From positions 7,418-71,417 of the IMG/VR virus record IMGVR_UViG_3300037187_000003: DNA of 64,000 nucleotides; one strand, given 5' to 3'. The position numbers were made by a program, and so were the translations under genes. Numbering within the stretch: position 1 is the first letter of the stretch; each line of letters opens with the position of its first letter. A model generated the notes under the pieces. That model was given only the letters and a program-made list of their open reading frames with translations, was not told where the DNA came from and did not search any database. The DNA comes from a virus. Shown piece by piece: positions 53,080-63,052 of this stretch.

Positions 53080-53505
53080 ATGCGCGCACTCCTGATCGCG
53101 GCGATGCTGGTGGCGAGCGGGGCGGCTTGGGGGCAGGCGCCGTCGCACCCTGGGCTTATCGGCGGCGACCAATCAGATATGGGCTGGCTATCCGGCGAGG
53201 CCAGTTTGGGCGGCGGGATCGTCACAGGAGGTGCCGTTGAACAATCTTGCTTTGGCTCCGGCCACGACGGCCCGTGCAGCATGGACCCGTCGCTGGCTTA
53301 CGATGTCGGGCTCAAACAAGGCCGCGCGGACGCTTTGCCCCGCACCTACACCCTGGCCGAGATCGACCGGATGCGGAAAGCGATCTACCGCGCCTTGCCG
53401 GTTGGTGGCGGCCTTGAACTGCAAATCCTGGCCGAGACTCGCCTCCAAACAAATATCATACTCGGCATCGCGCCCGAGGCGCTGGAAGCGGCGGCACCCA
53501 AGTAA
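53080..53505 (+). CDS. exported hypothetical protein
   Basis: Signal peptide MRALLIAAMLVASGAAWG. Confidence 0.6.
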   Translation: MRALLIAAMLVASGAAWGQAPSHPGLIGGDQSDMGWLSGEASLGGGIVTGGAVEQSCFGSGHDGPCSMDPSLAYDVGLKQGRADALPRTYTLAEIDRMRKAIYRALPVGGGLELQILAETRLQTNIILGIAPEALEAAAPK

Positions 53506-53625
53506 TTTACAGCAGCCGCTCGATCCACCACGGCGCCGACGCCATGCACGCCACGACGGCCCAGCACGCCGTCAGTGGCCACCAATGCCGATGGTACCAG
53601 TCGATAGCCCGCATGTGCCGTCCAA

Positions 53626-53886
53626 TCATTGTCCGTGGATCAGTTTCAGCAACCAAGGCACCCATAGCATCACGGTCCCGACGATCGCGCCGACGATGAT
53701 ACTCTTCCAAATGCCGAAGCAGCCCCGGAATACCCATAGAGCGGCCTTTACTTGTGCTGTCTCATCCGGCGAAAGCTCCCATGTCTGGTTGGGATACGGC
53801 CTATTGACGCGCGTGTCACGTTTTCCGTATGGGCGTCGATCAGGCAGGAGAGGTCGGCCGGTGTCGTTCTCGGTATCATCGCCCAT
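53626..53886 (-). CDS. small membrane protein (holin-like)
   Basis: PDRR motif and C-terminal TM helix, after the fibre genes. Confidence 0.55.
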   Translation of the reverse strand: MGDDTENDTGRPLLPDRRPYGKRDTRVNRPYPNQTWELSPDETAQVKAALWVFRGCFGIWKSIIVGAIVGTVMLWVPWLLKLIHGQ

Positions 53887-54042
53887 TAACGTCCCCGCGC
53901 GCTGTGCGTTGGTTCACACTAGCGGCAACGTGTAGCAGGTATTGTCTCGTTCCGTCAGCATCGGCGGGTTGCTCCGTCGGGGTTGGGTCTGGGCGGCGCG
54001 CGCCCCGGTGTCAGGCCGGGGCGCGGCGGTGGGCATACGCAA

Positions 54043-56430
54043 TCACGGCACTGGAGCCGCCAACAGCAGCCCACTGCCGGACGAGATCGCCGGGCTGAAC
54101 AGACTCGTCAGACCAACCTCGCCCATAGTGTTATCAGCACCCGAGTTGTTTGGCGATCCGAAGAAATATCCTTGTGGTATTGCCCCGTTCCCATCTCGCA
54201 GGTTTAGCACCGCTAATTCGCTGCAATATGTGCTCACCGACTCCCAGTGGTTCGCAGAGATGGGGCCTATGATCGGTCCCCATGTTTGGTAGTTCGAGCC
54301 ACCAGTCGGATCAAACAGCATCATAACCCAGCCATTCGAGCCAACATACGGCAAGTATACAGTGGTCAAGCATGTGCTTCCGGGCGGGACAAGGGTCGTG
54401 TTGTGGCCTGTGATAAACTGCGATGGATTCCCGATCGCATAAATTGTTGATGGTTTGGTAACAAGCGTCGTCTCGCCGCTCCATGACGCCGCCGAGGATG
54501 GAGTCATACTGGACCGCTGGACGATGCGACTGTTTAATCTATGATAAGTTAGAACCATCGCGCCAGAGGCATTAATCGACAGATAAGGGTCTCCGCTGTT
54601 ATCACTGTTTGCTACCAGATTATTACATACCACCGTCCAACTCGAACTAAGATAGTTTCCAGGTGTTGTGCGCCATATTGAAATAGTTGTATTTGTGAAA
54701 GCCGAAGCAGCGTATTCTAAAGACATGTAAACATAGCCATCAGAATAAAGGCACAAACCACAACATTCGTATCCGTAGTTGGTACCCGTAGGTGCGATTG
54801 TAGAACCAGTGACCTGCGTCCAGGTCAGCCCCTTTCCGGAATATGGGCATGTGAAGAATGTCACCGCCTCTTGTGGCGTGGCATTGCCGATAGTGGATAC
54901 GCCAACGAATTGTGTGCCGTCGTCAATTACCATCATGCCGTTGACTTCGTTAGCAGAAAAACCATCCCAGGGTACCGGTTTTATCAGAGGATTGGCCGGG
55001 CACTGCGTCCAAAATGGCAACGCATTAGCAACTTGATAGGTATAAAGCACTGCGTCGGATGCCGATTGATAGAAGACTACCGCAGTTCCACCCTGTAGCG
55101 CGTAAGGCGACGATGAGTCAGTTGCGGTGAGCGCTACCTGTTGCAATGCAGACCATGTTGCTGAAGAGGTAAGCCACTTGCCGTCCGAAGCGCGGTTAAT
55201 CGAGACTCCAAGTGAGACGGTCGTTGTGCCGGATGCCGTGAAATAGCAAGTATAAACGTCTCCGGTGGTCAGTGTGGTGTTCGATGTGCCGAGAGATGTA
55301 ATTGTCGTGAACGTCGAGCCTAATGCGCTGATCTTTTGTAAATAGACGGAGTATGTTTGGCTGCTACCCCTGGCAATTCCGACATTGTAACCGTTTAATG
55401 ACGCACTACCATTTACCGTCTGCACTCCGCACGCTACATTCATAGCGCTGTTGCTTGGTTGCGTTGTGCTAACGAATGCCATGGAAAAAGTAATGGCTAC
55501 GCTGGAAGCGTTCGTGCCCGGTAACAGCGCCATAGGGTTTGTGGAGTTTGTGCTCGAATTGTAAAGGTATGCTGTGTATTTTGGGTTTCCAGTATTGCCG
55601 CACAAAAAGTTCGAGGTCATCGCTATTATCTCAGGTGGCAATGCCGGAGCCATTGTTGACGCCAAATTCATCGTGTAGGTAGAAGGCGGCGGGGATGTGG
55701 TGGCGGGCTGAAACACAGCTATGACTGCCGCCACATCGCTGGAGCCAGTCCAACTCCATGTGGGGGATATCGTTGAAGGCGACGTGCCAGGTTGAACCAG
55801 ATAAGCTGCACACGACCCGATATTTTTACCTCCTGATAGCGTGGTTTGTCCAAACGCTGTGAAGCTGTCATTTATGGCGAATGTTCCAGTCCCTCCCGTT
55901 CCTAGCGCAAGACCAGCGACAATCAATGACCTTGGGTTTGTCGGCGTAATAGACGGGAAGGTGACTGAGGTCGCCGACGCGGCAATTACGCCGGTCTGCA
56001 CGTCCGCCGCTATGGCTGCGGCCCCGGCCCACGCCTGGACCTGCATATTGCCGTAGATGTTCGATGCTCCGACAATGGTTAGTGTAAAGGTGTGGCTGCT
56101 ACTGGTAGCCGGATTTTGGCAATAATATATCGTCGCCTGAGACGACTGGGACGCGGACTTGACGACTTGCCGTGGTGTCCAAACATTTGCCTGGCTGTCG
56201 GATAGGACGCCTGGCATGTCTGCACCATACTGTGTGCAGAGAATTACAATTAACCCTGCGCCTATCGTATTTGCGCCGGAGGTGGTAAATGTTCCGCCAC
56301 CAGATGGTGAAGAAGCAAACGTGGTTGAAATCGGAGATGATCCGAATCCAGCCTCAGCTTGCTTCGGCATGGCCGCAAGTACAGCGCCGGCAGCAACACT
56401 GGCCATCAGGGATCGGCGGGAGATGTCCAT
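54043..56430 (-). CDS. Tat-signal, Ser/Thr-rich protein with C-terminal beta-propeller glycosidase-like domain
   Basis: MDISRRSLMASVAAGAVLAAMPKQAEA (twin-arginine plus AxA); WTQCPANPLIKP..WD, LTWT and GDP motifs; lower GC. Confidence 0.7.
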   Translation of the reverse strand: MDISRRSLMASVAAGAVLAAMPKQAEAGFGSSPISTTFASSPSGGGTFTTSGANTIGAGLIVILCTQYGADMPGVLSDSQANVWTPRQVVKSASQSSQATIYYCQNPATSSSHTFTLTIVGASNIYGNMQVQAWAGAAAIAADVQTGVIAASATSVTFPSITPTNPRSLIVAGLALGTGGTGTFAINDSFTAFGQTTLSGGKNIGSCAAYLVQPGTSPSTISPTWSWTGSSDVAAVIAVFQPATTSPPPSTYTMNLASTMAPALPPEIIAMTSNFLCGNTGNPKYTAYLYNSSTNSTNPMALLPGTNASSVAITFSMAFVSTTQPSNSAMNVACGVQTVNGSASLNGYNVGIARGSSQTYSVYLQKISALGSTFTTITSLGTSNTTLTTGDVYTCYFTASGTTTVSLGVSINRASDGKWLTSSATWSALQQVALTATDSSSPYALQGGTAVVFYQSASDAVLYTYQVANALPFWTQCPANPLIKPVPWDGFSANEVNGMMVIDDGTQFVGVSTIGNATPQEAVTFFTCPYSGKGLTWTQVTGSTIAPTGTNYGYECCGLCLYSDGYVYMSLEYAASAFTNTTISIWRTTPGNYLSSSWTVVCNNLVANSDNSGDPYLSINASGAMVLTYHRLNSRIVQRSSMTPSSAASWSGETTLVTKPSTIYAIGNPSQFITGHNTTLVPPGSTCLTTVYLPYVGSNGWVMMLFDPTGGSNYQTWGPIIGPISANHWESVSTYCSELAVLNLRDGNGAIPQGYFFGSPNNSGADNTMGEVGLTSLFSPAISSGSGLLLAAPVP

Positions 56431-56437
56431 GTTCGTC

Positions 56438-58333
56438 TCAGTGCGAGAAGTTTGTTGATGGAGAAAGCAGAATATGCGTCGAGTCCTTGACCACGTATGC
56501 CAAGGCGTCGATCGCATTCGCGCCGGTTGACAGCGTGATCGCTGCCGTGCCACCTGGAGCAAGATAACTGTTGCCCCAGATGTTGATCAGATCACTGCCG
56601 GTCGGGGACTGGATTACGTAGATCACGCCGTGCGTTCCAGCAACCGGCGTCGCACTGGGATTTGCCAGCGTGCACGGGCACGACGCATGGACGAGGGTAA
56701 TCGAGTAGTCGTTGTTGGAACCGTCCGGCGTGAAGGTCACAGTCGAGATTGATAACGTGGTAATGCTGGCGGACTGCTGGGCAGACCAGACGTTGGTGCC
56801 GTTCAGCAGCCCGCAGTTGGCGCCTGACGTGCCCACCGGGCAGATTCCGCCAGTTGCTCCTACGTTATCGCCCAGCGCCGTCGTGACGCCCGCCCCCAGG
56901 CTGGTGAGCCCTGTGCCACCGTTTCCTGCACCAAGCGTGCCCGTCACGCCACCATTGCCTGAACTGCCCAATGCAACTGCGGCCATATAGGAACCGCTGA
57001 TGGTTCCGCTGGTGATGATCGAGCCCGGAAGATTTGGTATCACGGAAGTTGCCAATAGACCGCCAGAGCCGAGCACGGGGATCGTGCCGATCGTAGTTCC
57101 GGTTGCCGTCGAGCACCCCGTCGCGCCGTTGGATAGATCACCACACGCGATCGCCTGCGTACCGCCCAGGCTGACGGAGTGCCCGGCCAGGGTCATACTG
57201 CTGTTCGCGAGCGCGGCATTCGGCACAGCCTCGTAGGTCACCGTGCCGCCACCGCTCGCGCTCGTGACTACTGGAACCGTGTTGACGCTCGGGCCAGAAG
57301 GATAGGCCACGCCATCGACCTTGCCCGTCGTGGTGGTGATCGCGGTAGCGCCCGATCCGGTCGTATCGCCCGAGAGGGTGATCGTCTGATTACCGGTCAG
57401 ATAGCTCTGATTGCTCGCCGCGGTGACAAGGCCCTTCGCGTTGACCGTCAGTCCTTGGAACGTGCCGACGTTGGTGTTGACCGTCGCGAGCGTGGTGGCG
57501 AGCGTGCCGGATGTTGTCAGATCGCCAGACAAGTTGCCGCTAGTGATTGATGTTGTGCCGCTGAATACTGCCAGGTTTCCGCTGACTGGACTACCCGTCG
57601 TGGTAACATTTCCGCCACCCGCGCTGCCGTTCGCCGCCGCGGTAATGCGACCCTGCTGGTCAACCGTGATATTCGCTGCGGTGTAGCTGCCCGGCGTGAC
57701 GGTAGTGCTGGCGAGATATGACGCGGCGATCGGCGTGCCCTGCCATACGCCTGTCCCGATCGTGCCCACGCTGGTCAGCGACGATGCGGTCACCCCCGCC
57801 GCCAGCGTCGATCCCGTCAGCGTGCCGGCGGGCGCAGCGCTCAGTGTGGCGAGCGATCCCAGGCCGCCGATCTGCCCCGCCGTGATGCCCGTCAGCGCCG
57901 CTCCAGAGCCGCTGGGCGTCAGGTAATCCGTCCCGGCGGTTGCTGCTGCCAACGCGCCCGCAGAGCCTTTCAGCACGCCACTGGGCGTGACGGATAGGGT
58001 CAATGCGGGCGTGGTGGTGGGGTTGGCGATCGACCACGAAAAGCCGTTGGTATTGACCCCCGAGGCGCTGGTGACCGTGCCTGATCCGCCGCCGAGCGAA
58101 ACCTGCACCGTGCCGTTGTAATACTGCGGAACGTGCGTGCTCTGATTGAGGCTGAGATCACCGAGTTGTGGCGTCGGATAGCCGGTGTTACTGGGCGGCC
58201 CGAGGTTGATCGGGCCGCCCATGACCAACGAGCCGAACGTGACGCCGCCGCAATCGCTCGGCGTGGTCGGGCAGACAGCGCCGGCCTCGCCAGCCAGGAG
58301 GCACAGCAGCGCGGCTATCCAGAAGAGGCGCAT
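56438..58333 (-). CDS. tail-fibre-like protein with N-terminal signal peptide
   Basis: Starts MRLFWIAALLCLLAGEAGA; fibre repeats GTVTS, VTPGSY..ANITVDQQGRITAA, TVNAKGLVTAA, LSGD and NGGTG. Confidence 0.75.
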   Translation of the reverse strand: MRLFWIAALLCLLAGEAGAVCPTTPSDCGGVTFGSLVMGGPINLGPPSNTGYPTPQLGDLSLNQSTHVPQYYNGTVQVSLGGGSGTVTSASGVNTNGFSWSIANPTTTPALTLSVTPSGVLKGSAGALAAATAGTDYLTPSGSGAALTGITAGQIGGLGSLATLSAAPAGTLTGSTLAAGVTASSLTSVGTIGTGVWQGTPIAASYLASTTVTPGSYTAANITVDQQGRITAAANGSAGGGNVTTTGSPVSGNLAVFSGTTSITSGNLSGDLTTSGTLATTLATVNTNVGTFQGLTVNAKGLVTAASNQSYLTGNQTITLSGDTTGSGATAITTTTGKVDGVAYPSGPSVNTVPVVTSASGGGTVTYEAVPNAALANSSMTLAGHSVSLGGTQAIACGDLSNGATGCSTATGTTIGTIPVLGSGGLLATSVIPNLPGSIITSGTISGSYMAAVALGSSGNGGVTGTLGAGNGGTGLTSLGAGVTTALGDNVGATGGICPVGTSGANCGLLNGTNVWSAQQSASITTLSISTVTFTPDGSNNDYSITLVHASCPCTLANPSATPVAGTHGVIYVIQSPTGSDLINIWGNSYLAPGGTAAITLSTGANAIDALAYVVKDSTHILLSPSTNFSH

Positions 58334-58689
58334 ACCTGCACTCCATTGAGCCAGAGTTGATTCAGCACCAACGGATCGACCAAAGGCAGATTGCCCGCGC
58401 CAAGCGCGAGCAACGCCGCCGCCGTGATGATCCCGAAATAGATAGGCGGCGCGCTCGGGTTGGGCGTGGTGCCAGGGGTCACATTGACGAAGATGCCGTT
58501 CGCCCAGAGGGCGCCCGCCGTCAGCGGCTCGATGGTGGGCCATCCGGCCGGGCTGGTGAGGATGAGCGCGATGCCGTTCAGTCCCAGCCCCGTGCCAATA
58601 GCGGGCCGCGGCCGATACCACAGCATCGCAGGCGCGTGGATCGTCCGGCGCTGGCGGCCGACCGTGATGGTGGCAGGGAGGGTCGTCAT
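58315..58689 (-). CDS. hypothetical tail-region protein
   Basis: 124 aa with repeated LW.NG motifs. Confidence 0.6.
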   Translation of the reverse strand: MTTLPATITVGRQRRTIHAPAMLWYRPRPAIGTGLGLNGIALILTSPAGWPTIEPLTAGALWANGIFVNVTPGTTPNPSAPPIYFGIITAAALLALGAGNLPLVDPLVLNQLWLNGVQVCASSG

Positions 58690-58784
58690 GGCTTCGCGGA
58701 TTCAGGCGCGGGGGCTTTCGCAGCCTCCCGCTGTCGCGCCACGTCCTGCATCGCCGCGATGGCGAGGCGTTTCATGGGCATGTC

Positions 58785-61700
58785 CTATCCACCATTTGTG
58801 ACTGCGACAACATATCCAGGGCAGCCGTTGCCGCCCGCGCCACCGGCCACCGATCCGGCGCCCCCACCACCGCCAGCGCAGCCATAGGCCCCCGCAGCTC
58901 CTGTGCCACCAGCGCCTCCTGTGCCACCACTGTTGGCGCCGCCGCCTCCCGCGCCGCTCGTGTTCGGATAAAGGCCACCTGAACCTGTGGCGCTGCCACC
59001 AGCCCCCGCTGTGCCTGTTGTGGCGCTGGTTCCCGCTGAGGCCGCCGATGTCCCTATTGCGACCGCGCCTGCGCCGCCGTTGACCACCGAACCAACCAGC
59101 ATGGTGCCGCCAGAGCCAGAACCACTGATGCATGGAGCGGCTTGGCCGTTGCTCGCGGCGGTCAGTGACGAACTGCTGCCAGCCGTGGACTGCGTGCCCT
59201 GAATGTTCCCTGATCCAACGCTACCAGCGCTTCCTATGATTGAGCCGTAGGCTCCGTTCCCAGCGCCCGCCGCCGATGATGTCGCATCGCTGCCGTCAAT
59301 TCCGACACCAGCGCTCGCGCCACCATAACTCTGTGCAGAAGGCTGGCCTGGGTAGCCTCGTCCGCCTGTGTAGGCCGTGTAGTAGCTGCCGAAGGTGGTA
59401 TCATGCCCGACAGCACCCACAGTTCCAGCACCGCTCGTGCCTCCTGCTCCTCCAGTTCCACCAGAGCCAACCGTTACTGAGACCGGCGAACTGAACGTGG
59501 ATGTCAGAGCGGTCACATCCATGCACCCCCCACCGCCGCCGACAGCGCCGCCAGAAACGGCCGCTAACCCGTACGTTCCCTGTCCGCCTCCTGGTCCTCC
59601 CGGACCGCCAGCGATCAAACGAAGCCGCGTCACGCAGGTAATGCCTACTTCACTGCACCAACTAGGCACGGTCCATGTGCCGCTGGTGGTGAAGGTCTGC
59701 ACATCCTGGAAGGGGACGACCACGGGCGGCGCCGCAATACCGAGCGCCGGGTCAACGCCGACGACTGTGTTGCCCGTGGCGACAATCGCCCCGGCCTGCA
59801 CGTTGTTGGTCACGCCATTGTAGTGATGGATGCCATATGCCTGTGTCGCAGTTGCTTGATCGTCGCTGGCATCGAGGCCGTCGATTGTGACATTCTCCTG
59901 CAAGCCGGGCTGTCCGAACGTGCAGCTTCCAGCGAGGTTGATTCCCACCGCGCCAGTCGTTCCGGGGAGGCCGGTTGCCGGCCAATTGTAAGCCTGCCCA
60001 TTATTCTTCATGTGGACCCCAGCGAACGAAATGTCCCGGCCTCCGCAGATGAACACCCCGCCCGATCCGTTCCCGCTGTAGGAGTCTCCGACAAACTTTA
60101 CGCCGATATTGTGATCGCCCTCCCAGCCATTACCAGAGGCGCCTGAGCAGTCTTCTCCGATGAACTCGGGGTTGAAACTATATGAAATCCCCTCGCACGC
60201 AGATGGGGCGAGGTTGTATGCCTGGAATTCTAGGCCATCTTCCTTGAAGATATTGTTCTGGAAAATGAAGCCAGATGTCGCCTCTATAAACAGCGGGCTC
60301 GACCATGTGTGCCGGAACGTGTTGTGGATGAATCGTCCGTCTGTGTTCGCGAACCATGCGCCAAACGCCACCCACACTGCGTAGCCCGACCCTGATCCTT
60401 GTCCCACCGTGAACGGAATGGAGATACCGGTGGCCATCGCTTGCGGTGTGGACACGGTTGCACTGCTCGATATTGTCCAGGGACCGCTGCCACTGACAAT
60501 CGTTGTGCCGCGTGGAATACCCGTTCCAGGGCCGGTCAGAATCTGGCCCGCAACAACCGCACCGCTCGTCACGGTGCCGCTCAACGTGGTGCCGCTGATT
60601 GTGGCTCCGCTCAGAACTGCACCGGCCAGATTGCCTGTCAGCGGCGATGCCAATGTCGCCGCGTATGTCGCCGTGGCCGAGGCTATTGTCGGGCCACTTG
60701 TCACGAGATCAGCAGCCGGAACGCCAGCGGGCGTCCCGCTTACAGCGGTGAGATTACCGGGGATGACACCAATTGCCGAGCAGTTGAATGTAACATTGGT
60801 GTAGCACGAAAACGTCAGTGTGCTGCTGCCGGACGACTGTGGGCCTGACGTGGTTGCTGCGCCAGAGCCAGTCGTAAACAGATTCATTCCGAGATTGTCG
60901 AATCTGTTATTGATGAAGGTCGGCTTCTGGATTCCGGTCTGAGCGGCGATGCCGGTTCCGGAGTTTATCGGGCAGCGCAGAGGTGCGGTTATGTTTATCG
61001 TATAAGGAGCAGTAGACCCGACGATGCTGCTGATCTTTGTTCCTGGCGTCAGACATCCGATGTTGCTTCCGATCTGAAGCACGTCCTGTGCAACCAGATT
61101 GAGAATGCTTGAAGTCTGGAATGACGTGTCACCTCCGACCTGGTTCTGCGTCGTCACGAAAGCTGGTGTGAACCGCACTGTGCCAACTGCCAGCGTATCC
61201 GCAAGCGGCTTCTGAAAGCAGACCACTCCGGTTCCGGAGTTGATTGAAGTCACATAGAGGTCAGGGTCCTCCTCGGTATCGACAAGATAGGCGCCCACCA
61301 CGAGACCAGTCGGAACGCTGGTCAGCGTCATGCAGGATGGTGCCGAGACCATCGTTGTGCTGGCCACCAACTGACTTGCCGATACGGTCCAGCTTGATCC
61401 ACTACCACTGCTGATCGTCGTTCCGGCCGCTACTCCGAGTATGATCGTCTGGGTGGCAGAGATCGTCCCGGAGACGCCACTCACAGAGAGCGCAGTCCCA
61501 GCACCTCCAGAGCCGTTAGAGATGGTGCCTGTGAACGACGCAAGCTGAACCGATGACGCCAGTGTACCCGCAATGAGGCTGCCACCACCAGCCCAGACCG
61601 CCGCGCCACCAGCCGTGTTGATGAACTGATCGTCCACAAATCGCGGCTCGACCATCGGCGGATTGAGCCCGATCAGGCCGTTTTCATTCGACGTGACACC

Positions 61701-62333
61701 AACATTGCCATCAAATATGAGTCCCTGAAACGTGAGGTAATTGTTGCCCGTCGCATTGAACAGCGGGCGGTTGGAGGCGTTGGTGGCGCCAATGCGGATC
61801 GTCGCGGTGCCGTATGCAGCATACAGCGTCAGATCGTTGCAGCCACTCGGTATCGTCGCTGCCTCGTTGAATACATAGAGACCGGCAGGGAAGAACACCG
61901 CCAGCGGCGGCGATGCAGCACAGGCCGTTGTCAGGGCGGCGGCAACGGCAGGCTCGGCGTCAGTGGCGCCTGTTCGGTCGGCATTGACCGCGACGCTACC
62001 ATTAAGCGTGGTTGCGCCGGCAAAATAAGCGTTGCCGCTGCTGTCCAGCGTGGCGGCGCTGGTGCCCGCAAACCCGCCATTGTTGAACTGGATCGCGCCT
62101 GGGTTGCCGCTCGGCCCGGCGGGGAGACCGGATGCGGATAGCGTTTGGTTGGGATACGTGCCACCGAGCGACAGCCCCGCACCGATCGCCACGCCGCCCG
62201 GCTTACAATTCTGCGCGCCGCCCATCAGTGCCGTCGTGGGGAATCCGCGGCTATCGAACGGCCCGCCGCACGTCTGCGCCGCCGCCGCAACCGGGACGAG
62301 CCACAGCAGCAGTGCAACTACGAAACGACCCAC
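58785..62333 (-). CDS. tailspike/fibre-like protein (pectate-lyase-like beta-helix, Gly-rich C-terminus) with signal peptide
   Basis: Starts MGRFVVALLLWLVPVAAAA; D.TGATD..A and VFFPAGLY beta-helix cap; TFTTSGTWTVP followed by a Gly-rich domain. Confidence 0.8.
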   Translation of the reverse strand: MGRFVVALLLWLVPVAAAAQTCGGPFDSRGFPTTALMGGAQNCKPGGVAIGAGLSLGGTYPNQTLSASGLPAGPSGNPGAIQFNNGGFAGTSAATLDSSGNAYFAGATTLNGSVAVNADRTGATDAEPAVAAALTTACAASPPLAVFFPAGLYVFNEAATIPSGCNDLTLYAAYGTATIRIGATNASNRPLFNATGNNYLTFQGLIFDGNVGVTSNENGLIGLNPPMVEPRFVDDQFINTAGGAAVWAGGGSLIAGTLASSVQLASFTGTISNGSGGAGTALSVSGVSGTISATQTIILGVAAGTTISSGSGSSWTVSASQLVASTTMVSAPSCMTLTSVPTGLVVGAYLVDTEEDPDLYVTSINSGTGVVCFQKPLADTLAVGTVRFTPAFVTTQNQVGGDTSFQTSSILNLVAQDVLQIGSNIGCLTPGTKISSIVGSTAPYTINITAPLRCPINSGTGIAAQTGIQKPTFINNRFDNLGMNLFTTGSGAATTSGPQSSGSSTLTFSCYTNVTFNCSAIGVIPGNLTAVSGTPAGVPAADLVTSGPTIASATATYAATLASPLTGNLAGAVLSGATISGTTLSGTVTSGAVVAGQILTGPGTGIPRGTTIVSGSGPWTISSSATVSTPQAMATGISIPFTVGQGSGSGYAVWVAFGAWFANTDGRFIHNTFRHTWSSPLFIEATSGFIFQNNIFKEDGLEFQAYNLAPSACEGISYSFNPEFIGEDCSGASGNGWEGDHNIGVKFVGDSYSGNGSGGVFICGGRDISFAGVHMKNNGQAYNWPATGLPGTTGAVGINLAGSCTFGQPGLQENVTIDGLDASDDQATATQAYGIHHYNGVTNNVQAGAIVATGNTVVGVDPALGIAAPPVVVPFQDVQTFTTSGTWTVPSWCSEVGITCVTRLRLIAGGPGGPGGGQGTYGLAAVSGGAVGGGGGCMDVTALTSTFSSPVSVTVGSGGTGGAGGTSGAGTVGAVGHDTTFGSYYTAYTGGRGYPGQPSAQSYGGASAGVGIDGSDATSSAAGAGNGAYGSIIGSAGSVGSGNIQGTQSTAGSSSSLTAASNGQAAPCISGSGSGGTMLVGSVVNGGAGAVAIGTSAASAGTSATTGTAGAGGSATGSGGLYPNTSGAGGGGANSGGTGGAGGTGAAGAYGCAGGGGGAGSVAGGAGGNGCPGYVVAVTNGG

Positions 62334-63043
62334 TGGGTTGCTCCTGCCGGCAGGTTGACCGTGAGATAGCCCGTCAGGGCCGGGATGGTGATTGGCTCGC
62401 CGGGCGTGCCGAGCGCTATCGAGTCCGATCCGTTGGGATAGAGCAATTCGTCAACCGCGTTCGGGTTGATGATCGTCAGGGACGCGCCGGCCGAGCACGC
62501 CAGCGATGCCGGCAGCCGAACGCCGGTCCCGGCCGCACCCGCGTTGATGATGCTCGTTTGCGCGGTCAGCACCGCAGCCGTCGCCTGATTGGTGCCGAGC
62601 GCCGTGATGTAGGCCGGGCCGGGCGATACGATCGGGCTGGGATTTGTGCAGATCACTTCCGCTCCGAACCCGGCTGACGGGGCCGCCGGAATGGGGTAGT
62701 TCGCGATGGCGAAGTTGACGGACTGGTCAATGAGGAAGGTGTAGGTGTTTCCCTCATTCGTCGTCACCAGCAGTTCATAGACATAGGCACGCCCTGGCAC
62801 GCCGCCGGTCGGCAGGAACGTGATGATCGTGCCCGCGACCGAAAGGCCGCTGATCTGCATCTCGCCGGCGCCGGACGGCGCGAGCGCGACTTCGGCGGAG
62901 GAGATCGCTTCGCCTGACGCCAGGGCGCAGGATACGTCGATGCTATAGGCGAGGCTGTCCGTGGCGTAGCGCGCCGGGAAGACGTTCGGCGTGCCGAGGG
63001 CGGCGGTGCAGCAGTAGGGGGAGGGTTGGGGGCCGTCATACAT
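62318..63043 (-). CDS. fibre-tail adaptor-like protein
   Basis: DSLAYSID and GGVPGRAY...TTNEG motifs. Confidence 0.6.
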   Translation of the reverse strand: MYDGPQPSPYCCTAALGTPNVFPARYATDSLAYSIDVSCALASGEAISSAEVALAPSGAGEMQISGLSVAGTIITFLPTGGVPGRAYVYELLVTTNEGNTYTFLIDQSVNFAIANYPIPAAPSAGFGAEVICTNPSPIVSPGPAYITALGTNQATAAVLTAQTSIINAGAAGTGVRLPASLACSAGASLTIINPNAVDELLYPNGSDSIALGTPGEPITIPALTGYLTVNLPAGATQWVVS

Positions 63044-63052
63044 GGTTGGGGC

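Noticed and set aside
57243-57289. Possible self-target of array unit 5 in the fibre gene (NTVPVV codons match AA AC GT CC GT GT)
   Set aside because: Only 6 of 12 dinucleotides match fully. A rough estimate gives about 0.2 chance matches of this quality across both strands and all guide windows, so it is not significant.
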